64,000 bases of DNA. Source: Octopus vulgaris (taxonomy: Eukaryota). The translations under genes were made by a program, and so were the position numbers. Where the stretch lies: NCBI GenBank assembly GCA_951406725.2, contig OX597819.1, forward strand, positions 31,124,001 through 31,188,000, read 5' to 3'. Under the pieces are notes generated by a model, which searched no databases, was not told the DNA's origin, and saw nothing but the letters and a program-made list of their open reading frames with translations. Positions 1-14,018 of the stretch are shown one piece after another (the stretch's first letter is position 1; the number at the start of each line of letters is the position of its first letter).

Positions 1-888
1 ATGGCACCTGTGCAGGTGGCACGTAAAAAGCACCCACTACACTCATGGAGTGGTTGGCGTTAGGAAGGGCATCCAGCCGTAGAAACATTGCCAGATCAGA
101 CTGGGCCTGGTGCAGCCTTCTGGCTTCCCAGACCCCAGTTGCACCGTCCAACCCATGTCAGCATGGAAAGCGGACACTAAACGATGATGATGATGATATG
201 GGAGTGGGGGTATGATCTGATGCTTTTAATGAACTTTACCAAGAGCTTGTTGCCAAATTACAGACACATAGTGAGACATACAATGACCTTGATATTTAGA
301 GGACAACATGATTATGAATCTAAGGTATATTGCATGTATACTTAAAACTAACATTTGTAGATGCGTTAGTGTTGATAACATGAAAATGTTTTGAACTTTT
401 CATGTCAATTCATTTGTTTACAGGTATTACCTTTCAAACTGTCTTATTTGTAGTCTCTTCCAAATCTATGTCAGTTCAAAACCTTCAAAATTATGAAGTG
501 TAACATTTTACACCTGTGCATTGAGATACCATCTCATCTTACATTCACGAGTCAATTTCAGTGCACTTCTATAATAGAAAGTCTGTGCTATTGGAAATTC
601 TTATTAATAAAGCCAGAATAATGACTAAATAAAATCTAAAATTTTTCATAAACATACCTCATGTTATTAGTCATGTAAATACAATTATGACCAGTGGACA
701 TATATACATTAATAAGAGAGTTCAGTAAATAAAACTATTATAAAAAGTGAACACTAACATTTTGAACATTTGCCCTTTGTCTGAGAATGAGGAAGTGGAA
801 AAGTGGGGGTGTTGCTTTGGTTACAAGCTAGTAAATAATAAAATTATCCATTTCAACAAAATCTCTATCAAGTTTTACACAATTTCTT

Positions 889-1121
889 ATTTCTTTATTA
901 CCCACAAGGGGCTAAACATAGAGGGGACAAACAAGGACAGACAAAGGGATTAAGTCGATTACATTGACCCCAGTGCGTAACTGGTACTTGATTTATCAAC
1001 CCCCGAAAGGATGAAAGGCAAAGTCGATCTCGGTGGAATTTGAACCCTGAACATAGCGGCAAACAAAATACCGATAAGCATTTCGCCTGGTGTGCTAATG
1101 TTTCTGCCAGCTCACTGCCTT
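889..1121 (-). mobile_element. SINE family B
   Basis: Matches 28349-28579 (-) and 10506-10672 (+): GAGCTGGCAGAAACGTTAGCA...GAGTTCAAATTCCGCCGAGGTCGACTTTGCCTTTCATCC. Confidence 0.8.
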
Positions 1122-1417
1122 TACACAATTTGTCAACCAAGTTTCACTTGCAAAGCTTTGCTCAACCCATGGCTCTGATAGAAAATACTTGCCCAAGGTG
1201 CCATACAGTCAGGTCAAATTCAAAACTCTGAAATTGTGAAGTAAACTTCTCAACCATACAGCCTTGCCATGCATTTACAGACAGCCTCTTTGATAGGAGG
1301 CACACACAAGCACAGTAGTACAGACACATACATAGATCCAGGAGTGTGTGGGAGTATACACATATATATGCCTATAAATCAAAACAACATTTATCTTCCA
1401 CTCTCACATGAACACTA

Positions 1418-1775
1418 TCATCATCATTGTTCGACCGTGGTCGAGACAATGGAATTTACCATGCTACGCCAGACTTCACGGTCCAACATGGCATTACGGA
1501 GGTCCTGTTGCTTGATGCCTGTATCCCTGGAGATTACATCAGGGTAGGAGAGTGTGCGCCCTCTGGTATTGCGAGTAGATGGCTTCCAGAGGAGAAGAGT
1601 AGAAATTACTTCTTTTTCAGCTCTACAACAATGTCCAGCAAACTGGACTCTCCTACCTTTCACAAGAGATGACACAGGTGGTAGTTTCCCATATATTTGC
1701 ATTTTGGTTGGATGGCGCTTCCACGAGAGATTTTGAGCTCTCATAAGGAGGCGAGTGTAGGTTCCATCCAACCAC
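1418..1775 (-). mobile_element. 5'-truncated RTE-like LINE with (TGA)n tail and 11-bp TSD
   Basis: Open C-terminal ORF2 fragment DGTYTRLLMRAQNLSWK...RRVQFAGHC...DREVWR; TSD CATGAACACTA at 1407-1417 and 1776-1786. Confidence 0.85.
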
Positions 1776-2619
1776 CATGAACACTAACTGAACTTATCAA
1801 ATTCTTCCAACACTCCTGATGAACATGTAGCTGTCAAGGTAACCATCACTAGTTACCTTGGCCTCCAGGTTTTACCCTATTCACTGTATACTATGCTCCT
1901 TTATTACAAGCATTTATCTAACCAAACTATAGCAGTTCAACCACATCCCCCAGCTACATGATTTCAGGTTCAGTCCCACAGCACAACACCTTGGGCAAGA
2001 GTATACTACCATAGCTTCAGGTTAACCAAAGCCTTGCTGACTGAGTGAAATTTGGTAAACCGAAACTGTATGGAAGTCTGTCAAAATGGACTATTCCATG
2101 GGTGGTTAATTTAATCTACCACTCAGTTCAACACCTTGATCCCTTTAGATACTTTTAAGCAATCTTGACGAGGTATCTGGTGTGAAAATAACTTCTTCCC
2201 ACAAATCTCAAAGGATGAGAATTACCATTCTTCATCTGAATAAGTCATTAAAAAATGTCATTACATAGCTGGCTTTTTAATTTTGTAATCAATTTGGTAG
2301 CTTTCTTTTGAACATTTTCTACCACAATTAGATTCTCATGAAATGTGGTCCACTAAAGGTGCTACAGTTTTCTGAAGAGTACAGGAAGTGTGTTTTCTGT
2401 TCATCATTTTCATTTTTCCATACTCAAAGGTAACTGCTACCTGCTAGACCAAGCAATCAGTTTAATCAAATTTCCTTGTGATATTTCAGTGCTCTCAGTA
2501 TCCTCAAGTACTGAATACCTAACAGATAACAATGACATGTGAAAGTACAATTACTGTTTATATTAACAGAAATTAACACTAAATCAATTTATTTACAAAG
2601 AGGTGAAGTTGATAAAAAA

Positions 2620-3070
2620 CCCAAACTCACCATCTTCAATTTGGTCTTCATGCTTTATGCCTATCATCACCTATGGTCATGAATGCTGGGTAATGACCAA
2701 AAAAGTACAATCATGAATACAGGCGGTCAAAATGGTGTACCACTGAAGGGTCACTGGAGTAACGTTACTCAACAGGATATGTAGCTTGAAGATCAAGGAG
2801 TCTCTCCAGGCTGAGCCATTATTTCTCCACATGGAGAAGCTATATATCCAGTACTACAGATGTAATTAAAATGTCAGAGGAAACAATTGAAAGACAGATT
2901 CTTTAAGTCAAGTCAATTGGTGGGGGACCAAGAACAAGATGATTGGATAATATCCATAGTCTCAGTTGGTCATGCTTGGGAACCCAGTTGGAAAATTAAA
3001 AAACAGTTGCCTCTGATAGGACCCTATAGAGGAGATGCCTCAAGAATAGTGAACAGAAAAGATGAGTGAA
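2620..3070 (+). mobile_element. Decayed RTE/Expander-like LINE 3' fragment
   Basis: Reads ITYGHECWVMTKKVQS*IQAVKM..RVTGVTLLNRICSLKIKESLQAEPLFLHMEK with stop codons. Confidence 0.65.
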
Positions 3071-3184
3071 TGATAAAGTTTTTTGTTTTTTTATTTTTAT
3101 GAGAATTATCCCAAAAAGTAATGCAGAAGTGAGCATAACTTTTAGTAACTAACATGGGTCATTCAAATTGAATATATTGGTACT

Positions 3185-3585
3185 GTTTTACTTGTTTCAG
3201 TCATGTGACTGTGGCCATGCTGGAGCATCGCCTTTAGTCGAGCAAATCGACCCCAGGACTTATTCTTTGTAAGCCTAGTACTTATTCTATCAGTCTCTTT
3301 TGCCAAACCGCTAAGTTACGGGGACGTAAACACACCAGCATCGGTTGTCAAGCGATGTTGGGGGGACAGACACAGACACACAAACATATACACACACATA
3401 CATATATATACACATATATACGACGGGCTTCTTTCAGTTTCCGTCTACCAAATCCACTCACAAGGCTTTGGTCAGCCCGAGGCTATAGTAGAAGACACTT
3501 GCCCAAGGTGCCATGCAGTGGGTCTGAACCCAGAACCATGTGGTTGGTAAACAAGCTACTTACCACACAGCCACTCCTATGCCTA
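3185..3585 (-). mobile_element. SINE family A, full length
   Basis: Reverse complement of 48376-48787. Confidence 0.85.
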
Positions 3586-3589
3586 TGAG

Positions 3590-4193
3590 TAGAGTAACTC
3601 TTCTTCCTATTTTCCTTCATTGCAAACAAATGTTAGGCTCCATGCAAAGCAATGTACCGTCATCGAATTCTTGATGAAGGAGGGGTATGGGCTGTCCAAC
3701 CTCCACTGAAGGCTACAAAATGTTTATGACACAATTGGCAAGATCAATGTGCACAGATGGATGAAGAAGTTTTAAAAAATAGAAACCAGGATTCACCATG
3801 ACACACATTGGCAACAACACACACAAATGGCAAATAGGGTAGGTCAGTGGTTCCCCATTCATCATATAATCTGAATCTGGTGCTCTCCCACTTTCATCAG
3901 TTCAGTTAAATGAAGGACAGTCTTTGGCTGGAACGATTTGATGACAGAGATAAGGTGAAAGCAGCTGTAAAGAAGTGGATACAACAGTGCACACTTGAAT
4001 TTTTTCAAAGAAAATTTGAGAGTTGGGTTCAAGGATGGAGCAAATAAGTGCATCATTTGTGATAGAGATTGAGTTGAGTAGTATCTTTTATACAGAAAAG
4101 TCACTCTACCAACCCGTGCAGTTTGAATTACAAATATCACTTGATAAAAAAAAAGTTATCCCTACTTTTGCATTATTTTCAGGACAACCCTTA
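3590..4193 (-). mobile_element. Old mariner-like relic (5' part)
   Basis: TIR-like end TAAGGGTTGTCCTGAAAATAATGC at about 4193-4170; coding remnants poorly readable. Confidence 0.35.
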
Positions 4194-7100
4194 TGCAAAT
4201 AGAACAAATCAGTGTCTAACACACAACAAATGATTTTACAGAATATATTGACAACATCCATGTGGTTGATAAAATACATACCAGTAATAACATGGATATT
4301 TAACTCTTTAACACCAGCCCTACACAAAATATATTGTTGCTACTACTAAGAAATCAATATGTTAAAGAAATACAAGATTGTTTCTTTTATATAGTGAATT
4401 GGAATTCATTTCTAGCTATTAAAAGTAAGTGGAAGGTGGTATGAGATTAAATATCAAGTTGACATTGAAGGATGCAAATGATCCTTATCAAATAAACATT
4501 AAGTCAATATTAAACTGCTCGTTCAGTTATCAGCTTCTCAAATTCTGATTATTTCTCCAACATTACGTTTCCTAACAAGTTCTGTACGTCGTCTATTGCA
4601 TGGCTGTTGGATGACACTGCTACCCCATCAAGTAAAACTCCATCATCACAATTGTCAGTGTGTAAGTAAAACCAAAACTGAACACAGGTATGCAGATACA
4701 AAGAGCTGTCAAACTTTAGTTTCAAAAGCAGTTCAAAAGAGAAGTTGCTTTTTATGTATTTGGATGTGAAAGTGTGGAAGATCAAAATGACTAATAGTGA
4801 TGAAGCAGTTGGAATTCAGGTCACCCACCTTATCGATTGTCGGCCTCAATCGGAAATGCATATAACTACTGATAGCAAGAAACATTACTTTAAAATATCA
4901 GTGAGGAACAAAAATTCGATTACGATTTTGGCTTAAACGATTTTAATATAGAGGTAAAAGAGATGCAACGACAGATACATTTTGCGCACAGCATCAAGTA
5001 TCTGATGGCTTTACTGAAACTGAGAACATACGACAATATTTTTTGAAAATATACAACCATCATTTAGTTCCTTTCTTATAGCGGCCAACAATTCATATAT
5101 ATATATATAACCTTCATCTAATGATAGAGGTTATTTGATTGATACGAGTATAGAAAAAATGAAATTAACTGTGTTTTGTTGTTTTTTTAAATTAATTTTA
5201 ATTTTTCCTCTTGTGTCATCTACATAATTGAGGTTAAGGAAAAGCAGGAATTTTGCATACCCCAAACCCCAGGTCAGAAAAGTTAAAAGAGTTTAGCTTT
5301 TACAGGCTGGAATCTATTACAAAAATTTTAAAAAACAGTTTCTGATTAAATTTGGGTGTCAGCATGACAAAAAAAAAAATCTACGATTAAAAATTAGGAG
5401 AGAAAACAATACTTTTTCATTACGTTTGGAACAACCAAAGCTTAGTCAAAATTTAAAACCGGACAATCAAGAACACCAGAACATTTTAATTATATTTGTA
5501 ACTGCCCCAAAACCCTGTGCTACTGTTTAGTCTCATCTCCAAAAGGTGTCGATGGCTCGTGGTTGTCCTCTGAAGAAGGACATACAGACGAAACAAGTAA
5601 AGAAGCCGAATACTGAAAAAAATAGTCGACGAATTTCTAATCTTTGCGGAAAACAATCTACCTTAAATCACCGTTAAATAACAGAAAATTGACGACAATT
5701 TTCACCTTTGTAGAAAGGTGTAGCGGAGAAAATAGAAAGGAGTTAACGATGCATTTATTTTTCTCTAAAGTGAGGGAGTAGTAATTAGGTGATCTCAACA
5801 GGCCAAATTAATTGAGAGGGAGAGAGAAAGAGAGAGTATAGCTATGATAGAGAGTCGAGTTCATTAGGTACAAGTATCAATTAGAATTGATAAACTGTTA
5901 TTTATCAATACTTTAACAGATAGTATAAGGAAATGCGTAAACAGTTGTTCATTCGAGACATGCCAACCCTCATCGAACATGCCTATGCTCAAAGATGTTC
6001 CCACCAAGTCCACCACGTTTAGCCCACGCACATTGCGACTACTCTCACATTATTCATCCAATATACTATTCTTTACAAAGAGTGTACGGTGTGATTCTGA
6101 AGGAATCTGGCTACTATTTCTAGTTGGCCGAGAGACCGCAGCGCAGACAGGTGAGATGGCAGCAGAAATAACCACTCGCCTGTCTATAAACGTCTTGTAA
6201 CCTTCAAAAAGTTGGTCTTTTACTCGAATTAACGAAAGACCAAATACTTTCGATAATATTTACTGTTTGCACTGGAACTTCAATACCAAATAGATTAAAA
6301 TATTTCCACACTGTCAGCCTTTTTAAACCATTTCTTTGAAGTCAGCAAGGAAAGACGATGAGAAGGCGTTTAGAATTAACCCATCTTGATAATAAAAAAA
6401 AAAATTTAAGCCATAGTAAGACTACTAGATTGATTTTCTACTTGGCATTTAATTAATGCCAACTACAAAGACAACTTACAAGAAGGAAGCGATGCAAAAA
6501 CGGTGTCTTTCCCCCCAGCTATTTACAAACTGATCTTGGGTTTAAGGTGTAAACTATTTGCTTCATTTATAGTAAAATATATGGCATAAGATGTTATTTT
6601 TGTAATAAATTCATTTGTTTTGTCTATAAAATGACCACATCAACAACCACAGTGACTAACGTGAAACTTGTGAAATTAACCGGCAAATAAACACGTGAAA
6701 TTACTCTCGGTCACATATAGTTGCTTCTTGTTGCTTGTTTTAAAGATCGCCTTTTAAATATTGCTGTTTAGCCCAAGGTCAGCCACGATCAAACTGGTCT
6801 AAGATCAAAAAACATTCCAATTTTGATCACCCCGTCTTTTTCTTTTTTTTTTTTTTTTTTTTTTTTTTGCATCTAGGTGATAGAATGTGATTTGAAGAGA
6901 ATTTGGCGGCTATTTCTAGTATATATTGAGCGACCATGTGGGCACCGCCCTGGTTTATTATTAGTGTGTCTATTATCAGACTGCAACGTTTAGGGAGGAA
7001 CACGACGACACAAAGTAAGACGAACATAATAACCTGACTCCATCATTCTCTCACGAAAAAGAAAACAGAGATAGTGAATCAAACAATTTTAATCAACAAA

Positions 7101-9221
7101 ACATGGATGAATATAATCGTATACACACACAAAGAAAATCAGGTGGCCAGTGCCTCTACAAAGTCGCTCAATTCGCTACAAATTGCAGCTGAATCTACCT
7201 CAAATCACACCATACTATGTTAAATAAAAGACGTAAACATTGGATACTGGTAAACCCCGGGTATATATATAAAGAAGGGATGCTCATAGCGGAAAAAGTG
7301 TTTGATCATTTCTCATTTCAGGTTTGATCTAGGGCCAAACAATAACAAGAGCCACAAACGAAATAAATCTATAGAAATAGAGACATGTTGAATGAGTATA
7401 GAAGATTTCTGGCACTGAGTGTATAAATAATTATAGCTATAATTTCAGACTCTGTTGAAAATTGTAAATAATATAAGAGAAATAAATATATAGACTATTA
7501 TTATATTATATTGACACGTTTCATAGAGTTTAGGAATCTGAGGATTTCTATGTATTCCGGTTTCATTTTCTGGGATTATTTTTTTTTAAAGCGGTCAATT
7601 ACGTTTATGATATTTTCACATATATTCCTTTATTAACGGCATGACTTATACCGTACAGATCACACACACATATATATATATATGGATCGGTGTTGCTCTA
7701 CTATTGTTATAAAACAAAGTAGAATTTTTAAACCTTGGCTATGTATGTTTTTGAGTTCATTAAAAGGAGACACACAATGCTAACAGAAAGAAAATTTGAA
7801 ATATTGTGGGACGAGAAATCGGGACTAATTTTAACCATGAAATGGGCTACAGATTGGAGTGGTATGGGTGGGTGTAATGAGAAGAAAAACGTGTTGCTGC
7901 TGAAATGTATGCAACACATTATATATACATATATATATATATATTTATATGATTGTATGGTACAGTTTATTTGTTGGGAGCCTGAAGGATCACACGTGGT
8001 GGTACGTGAAACTCGGAGTAGCAACGAAGTCAATCCAAACACCTCGTTATATCTCTATCATGCTATACTACATTTTGGTACCACATCGACTTTGTTTCCT
8101 CATATCTTTCTGAAAAATGCATGCTTTTTTTTTTGCAAATGAAATTTTGCAGAGAAATGGGGGTTTGGGGGAAGGGTTATAGGTTACGATGATTTTGATT
8201 ACCATTAAATTTCATTTTTAAAGAGTTTAGGATCTTTCTCTCCCCCACATTTCGACTATTGCTTAAATGGGCACATTTTGAAGGAATACGTTTTCGAGGA
8301 CGTAGATTGCGTAATATTGATATATTTCAAACATGTAAATTTGAAACAAGTGGGAAAATGCTAAAGTTATGCAAATTGGCAATATCAAAGATGAGAGGCG
8401 AGGTGATCCGAAACACCTTCAAATTCTTTCCCTAGACTACATCAACTTCACTGTAGTCTACTCTCTCAAAAACACATCTCAGAAAAATTCCTTTAGATAA
8501 ATGTGCAATATCAGAAAGTCATGAGGAAACCAAGTCGAGTGGGGAGGGGACCAATTCGTAGTTATATATATATATATGTGCATTACACGCTATAATGCGT
8601 GGGCGAGGTGCAGCAATATTGAAATATTACGGGTAGATGGAAGAAATGTATTCATATAATACTGAGGAATCAAAGCAACAATAAGAATCACACTGATACA
8701 CACGTATGTATACACACACATATATATACAAATATATATATGCATGTATATATATATATATATATATGCATGTATATATACATACATCTATGCACACATA
8801 TACATTTATATATACACACACGTTTATATGTATAAAATATACATATGATACTCTACATTTATGTATTGAGTTCTGTTGCTTGGTGAATCAACAGAAATTT
8901 TATATATATACATATATGTATGTATGTATGTACGTACGTACGTAAAGGTCATCTACAGGACATTTTAGGTGAGTATCGGACAAGTATTTCATTTGAAAAA
9001 AGAAGTTATTATTATTATTTTATTCTTGTTATTATGTTTATCATTAACAAACGTGAATGAATCTGAAGAATAACGGTAAAAATATTGAGTTCGGAATAAG
9101 TTTAGAGATAGATGAAGACAAATATATGGTAAATAAAATGTGTGGAGATGACTGCAAAAGGTAGATTGTGTGATAGGAATGGTTAAGTTTGACGCTTGAT
9201 GTAATTGTATTAATGCCTTAC

Positions 9222-9288
9222 CGTGTTCATCTCTGTAGAGTACTATTTCATCAATTGGAAGGTCCATGTCTGTTGGTTTCAGACTCAT
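9222..9288 (-). CDS. Candidate first coding exon of an unidentified minus-strand gene (MSLKPTDMDLPIDEIVLYRDEH, phase-1 donor)
   Basis: Long (CT)n polypyrimidine tract and tandem acceptors AAG/CAG/TAG at 9325-9318, ATG at 9288, strong donor CACG|gtaagg; lies in a TE-poor, relatively CpG-retaining block. Confidence 0.45.
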
Positions 9289-9329
9289 ACTCTCACTCCT
9301 CACTCACGCATCGAGATCTACTGTCTTAG

Positions 9330-10400
9330 AGAGAGAGAGGGTAAGGGAGGGTGAGAGTTAAAGAGAGAGAGAGTGTGAGGGTAGATGAAAGGGACAAGAA
9401 GAGAGTGAGTGTGAGGGTAGATGAATAGGACAAGAGAGAGTGAGAGTATGAAAGAGAGAATGTGAGGGTAGATTAAGAGAGGAGAGAGAGACAGACAGAC
9501 AGACAGGAAGAATAAATGTGTGAAGGTAGATTAGGCGAGAGATAGAGAGATAAATAGACAGGTAGAGGCGGAAGAAGAAAGAGCGGTTAAAAACGCCAAT
9601 CTATATGGTTGATAGAGAATGTTTGACCCTGGGGAAGGTGAAGTACCTTCCTTCACCTTTTAGTGACAATGATTCGGAACTACGAAATAAAATGAATTTA
9701 AAACAAGTAGAAAGAATCATGCGAAAACAGAAACGGGAAAAGGAATGAAATAATTAAACGATGAAAAATTTATCGGAAAAAAATTCGAAATGTTGTGTTC
9801 TAAGGAGAGAGACAAAAACGAAATTCGAAATATTAAGAGATGAAAGAAGATTGAGAAAGTGAAGAGAGAAAAAAGTGTGAAGGAAAACATTGAAAGAAAA
9901 GGATAAGAGAGGAAGAGAGACGGAAAGGAAAAAAGAGATAGAGTAAGAGAGAGGAAAAAAGAGAGGGATAAAGAGAGAGAGGAATAAAGAGAAAGAGAAG
10001 AAGAGAAAGTGAATACAAATAAAACGCTTGTGAAACGTGCAAAGTACGGTTACTTCCCCTGCTTAATGTGTGTGTGTGTGTGTGTATAAGTACAGATATA
10101 TATACTTCTGTATATATGTGTGCTTGACACACACATATACAAAGATCTAACTCTCCAGGATGGCGTTGGACTTGTAGCCCAATAAGCTGGTGTTTTGTTA
10201 ACGCATACACATACAGATATATACTGATGAATCAGGAATAAATGTTCTCGCAAAAATTGAGTTGTGAAAACGCTGTTTTAATTGAAATCAAAAGAGTAAA
10301 ATATAAAATTAAAACATGTTTGTGTTTCCTTATCTTGACTTCCGGCTTTTTTACAAAAGATAAAAAAGAACAATCGTTTCTAATATAGGCGCAAGCACTT
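9330..10400 (-). promoter_or_regulatory. Probable promoter / 5' UTR / first-intron region of the left-hand gene
   Basis: GA/CT-rich tracts, more CpGs than the flanks, no SINEs, Inr-like TCAGT near 10225 on the minus strand; inference only. Confidence 0.3.
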
Positions 10401-10505
10401 ATACTGAAGGAGGGCGGGGTAGTCAATATCAACCCCTCTCTCAAATATCCATGACCTCTGTACTTGACTAGCACGCAAGAAATGACAAAAGCAATGTTGG
10501 CCTCA

Positions 10506-10672
10506 AAGGCGACGAGCTGGCAGAAACGTTAGCACGCCGGTCGAAATGCTTAGTGCTATTTCGTCTGCCCGTTACGTTCTGAGTTCAAATTCCGCCGAGG
10601 TCGACTTTGCCTTTCATCCTTTCCGGGTCGATAAATTAAGTACTAGTTGCGCACTGGGGTCGATGTAATCAT
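10506..10672 (+). mobile_element. SINE family B
   Basis: Same motifs as 889-1121; further copies at about 50752-51180 and 51188-51400. Confidence 0.8.
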
Positions 10673-11895
10673 CAATTTCATTAAGTACCATTTGAAAAGG
10701 AAGGTGAGAGTAGACGGAGATTTACTAACTTCTTTGTGTTTATAGAAAGAAGAGAGGGCATTTTTTTTTATGCTTTGAGCATAGCTGCATAATCCGGGTC
10801 TTTTGTGGAGGTTTTCCTCCAGATTATCCGAATGGATTGTCCTGTTATGCAAGTTCGTTTCCATTCAAAATTACCGCTCTCTTAGAAGGATCAATATACA
10901 TCTCACTTTTATATTTAATTTTTGATGAAGTTTCTTTCACTGGATGCCTTTTCTGTGTTCAGCCATTTTGAAGAGTCTACTGGGTACATTTTTATCATGG
11001 CACGAACACTAAAGTGGTTGTCGTGGTCTCAACAAGTCTAAAGAGGCCTCTTGATCCCTACTTCCAATGCTACTTAATGCAAAACAACTTTTAAATACAA
11101 ACACACACACAAGTTTTTATATATATATATATATATATATATAAATTAATAATAAATTTATATATATATAATTTAATATAATATATATTTTATTATTTTA
11201 AATTATATTTTAAAATATTGATATTTTTAGATCGAAAATCCACCTGAAGAATGTCGGTAGCAGACATGAAGCAATTGTAGTGGCGGTTTATTTAATTTAT
11301 ATTAAAATTTTATGTATTGATTAAGTCTTTCCTTGTTTGATTTTAAAATAGTGGTTTTGTCTTGAATTATATTATATAATATTTTACTATAAAATTGGAT
11401 TTAACCCTAAATCTGATTTTTCCCTGTAAATTTGGATTCATTCCCTAATATTTATTATTATTATATATATATATATATATATAAGGTAAGTGAGGCTGTA
11501 AGGTTAAGAAGTTTGCATCGCAGCCACATGGCTTCAGGTTTAGTCTGACTGCATAGCATCTTGGACAAGTTTTTCTACTATAGGCCTGAGCCAATTAAAG
11601 CTTTTTAAATGGGTTTTGTTGATAGAAACTTGAAGAAGCCTGCTATCTGTCTGTCAGTCTATTTACCAACCTGTCAATCTACCTATCTATCTATACAAAT
11701 ATACATACATAAACATATTACCAGTTGGTTGGCCATAAATTTAAAAAAAAACAAGGCACATTCTAAAAGAGAAATTAAGAAATTATACTTTTATATTGTC
11801 AACCAATCAGGGATGGCCTAAGAGTATTAAGGGCCTTTGGGCATGACTGTTCACTGGGCCCCTTTGAATAAGTATTTTAGTAGAGTTAACATATA

Positions 11896-12257
11896 GGCGC
11901 AGGAGTGGCTGTGTGGTAAGTAGCTTGCTAACCAACCACATGGTTCCGGGTTCAGTCCCACTGCGTGGCATTTTGGGCAAGTGTCTTCTGCTATAGCCTC
12001 GGGCCGACCAATACCTTGTGAGTGGATTTGGTAGACGGAAACTGAAAGAAGCCTGTCGTATATATGTATATATATATATAGCAGTGCTTGACAACCGATG
12101 CTGGCGTGTTTACGTCCCCGTCACTTAGCGGTTCGGCAAAAGAGACCGATGGAATAAGTACTGGGCTTACAAAGAATAAGTCCCGGAGTCGATTTGCTCG
12201 ACTAAAGGTGGTGCTCCAGCATGGCCGCAGTCAAATGACTGAAACAAGTAAAAGAGT
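11896..12257 (+). mobile_element. tRNA-headed SINE family A with internal microsatellite
   Basis: GGCGCAGGAGTGGCTGTGTGGTAAG (A-box-like)...GGTTCAGTCCC (B-box-like)...GAAACAAGTAAAAGAG; many copies in window. Confidence 0.85.
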
Positions 12258-13135
12258 ATGTAGAGTGCGAGCCCCTCAGAGCCCCAGCCCTCAAACAGTG
12301 CCCAATTGACTGATGGCTCAGTCCGCCCCTGCAACCAATATATTCCTGGTTGTGGCATTTAACCAATTAGAATGTTACTGACTGTTTAAATTTGTTACAC
12401 CAGGTAAGCTTGTTAGAATAATCAAAATCTCTGTTCAGATAGTACAAACATTTACAACACCTTGGGGCTTGTCTTGTTCAAGGTAGTTACATGAAAATCT
12501 TCATTTTCATCTTCATCATCATCATCATCATTTAACATTCACCTTCCATACTGGCATGGGTTGGATAGCTTGACAGGAGCTGTCTAGGCAGAAGACTACA
12601 CCAGGCTTCTGTGTCTGTTTTGGCATGGTTTTTACAGTTGGATGCCCTTCCTAACACAAACACTCCACAGACTGGACAGGGCTTTTTATGTGGCACCAGC
12701 ACAGGTGAGGTCAGTTTTGGCATGTTTTTTACAGCTGGATGCTTTCCAGTGTGAAGTGGATGCTTTTTACATGGCAACAGTACCAGCAGGGTCACCAAGT
12801 AACTTGCAAGACAAGGAATTTTGAGAGGAGATGAGGGCATTGGAGGAAGGTATCTTGTGTCAGATGACACAAAATATTAATAGCAATTTAGTTTTACTAA
12901 AAAAGATGTAATAGAAATATTTTTTGGTTAATATCAAATAGAACTCAGTTTCATTAGTTTATGTTTTATAATTATTTTTTATCTTTTACTTATTTCATTC
13001 ATTAAACTGCGAGCATGCTGGGATACTGCTTTCAAGGGTTCTAGTTGAATGAATTGGTCCCAGTATCTATTTATTTTAAAGTCTGGTACTTATTCTATCA
13101 GTCTCTTTTTCTGATCCATTAAGATACAGGGAGAT

Positions 13136-13137
<2 letters not shown>

Positions 13138-13200
<63 letters not shown>
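13138..13200. repeat. (CA)n microsatellite
   Basis: About 31 perfect units. Confidence 0.95.
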
Positions 13201-13203
<3 letters not shown>

Positions 13204-13614
13204 CACTCATGCCAGTGCCATGTAAAATGCATTCATGCCGGTGCCACATAAAATACACTTGTGCCAGTACTGCATAAGCACACTCATGCTGGTGGCACAT
13301 AAAAAGTACCCAGCACACTCTGTAAAGTGGTTGGCGTTAGGAAGGACATCCAGCTGTAGAAACCATACCAAAACCCGTCCAACCCATGCTAGCATGGAAA
13401 ATGGATGTTAAACAATAATGAAGATGATGATGAGCTTTTTTCAAGTTTCTGTTTTCCAAAGATTTTGATTATCCTGGGGCTCTATTACAAAACACTTGCT
13501 CAAGTCACCATGCAATGCAACTGAACCCAAAACCATGCACCTGGAAAGCAAACTTCTTACTACACAGCTATGCCTGTACCTATCCACAGAGCCATACAGT
13601 CTGGAAATTTTATT

Positions 13615-14018
13615 GAATCTTTTCGGTTTGAACGGCAGTTTTTAACATAATTTCTAGGTAACTAAAAAATTTTAAACTTCGTATACTGGTAGAATGTGTT
13701 TATAAAACATCTTTTTCTCTTGGCTTTATTCAGAAAATTCTATAGTTTGTAAGATATTGGTTGTTATTTTTCTTCATTTTCTGCAATTTCAACCAATCAA
13801 TGACGTCTATTGAGGTGAAAACATTCTGTGCCATATGAATATGTCCCTCGTTTAAGAAACAGATTGGCTTTATTTACATTTGTGAAGAAAAAAAGATACC
13901 CTTCCCCCTAACCCTAACCGAGATTGAAATGCAATAGATCGATACTAGGGTCATAATTATGGGTGACAATTTCATATGACACCGCTAGAAAAAACTGCCG
14001 TCCAAACCAAAAAGATCC
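13615..14018. mobile_element. MITE with about 28-bp TIRs (GGATCTTTTCGGTTTGAACGGCAGTTTT) and 8-bp TSD, Merlin-like
   Basis: TSD ATTTTATT at 13607-13614 and 14019-14026; near-identical copy at 43704-44113. Confidence 0.85.

Noticed and set aside
543-568. 26-nt minus-strand AG...GTAAG candidate exon
   Set aside because: Gives an immediate stop in the phase required by donor 9222 and has no recognisable homology.
4549-4785. 78-aa minus-strand ORF with a protein-like C-terminal half
   Set aside because: No suitable in-frame acceptor or ATG start and no recognisable homology.
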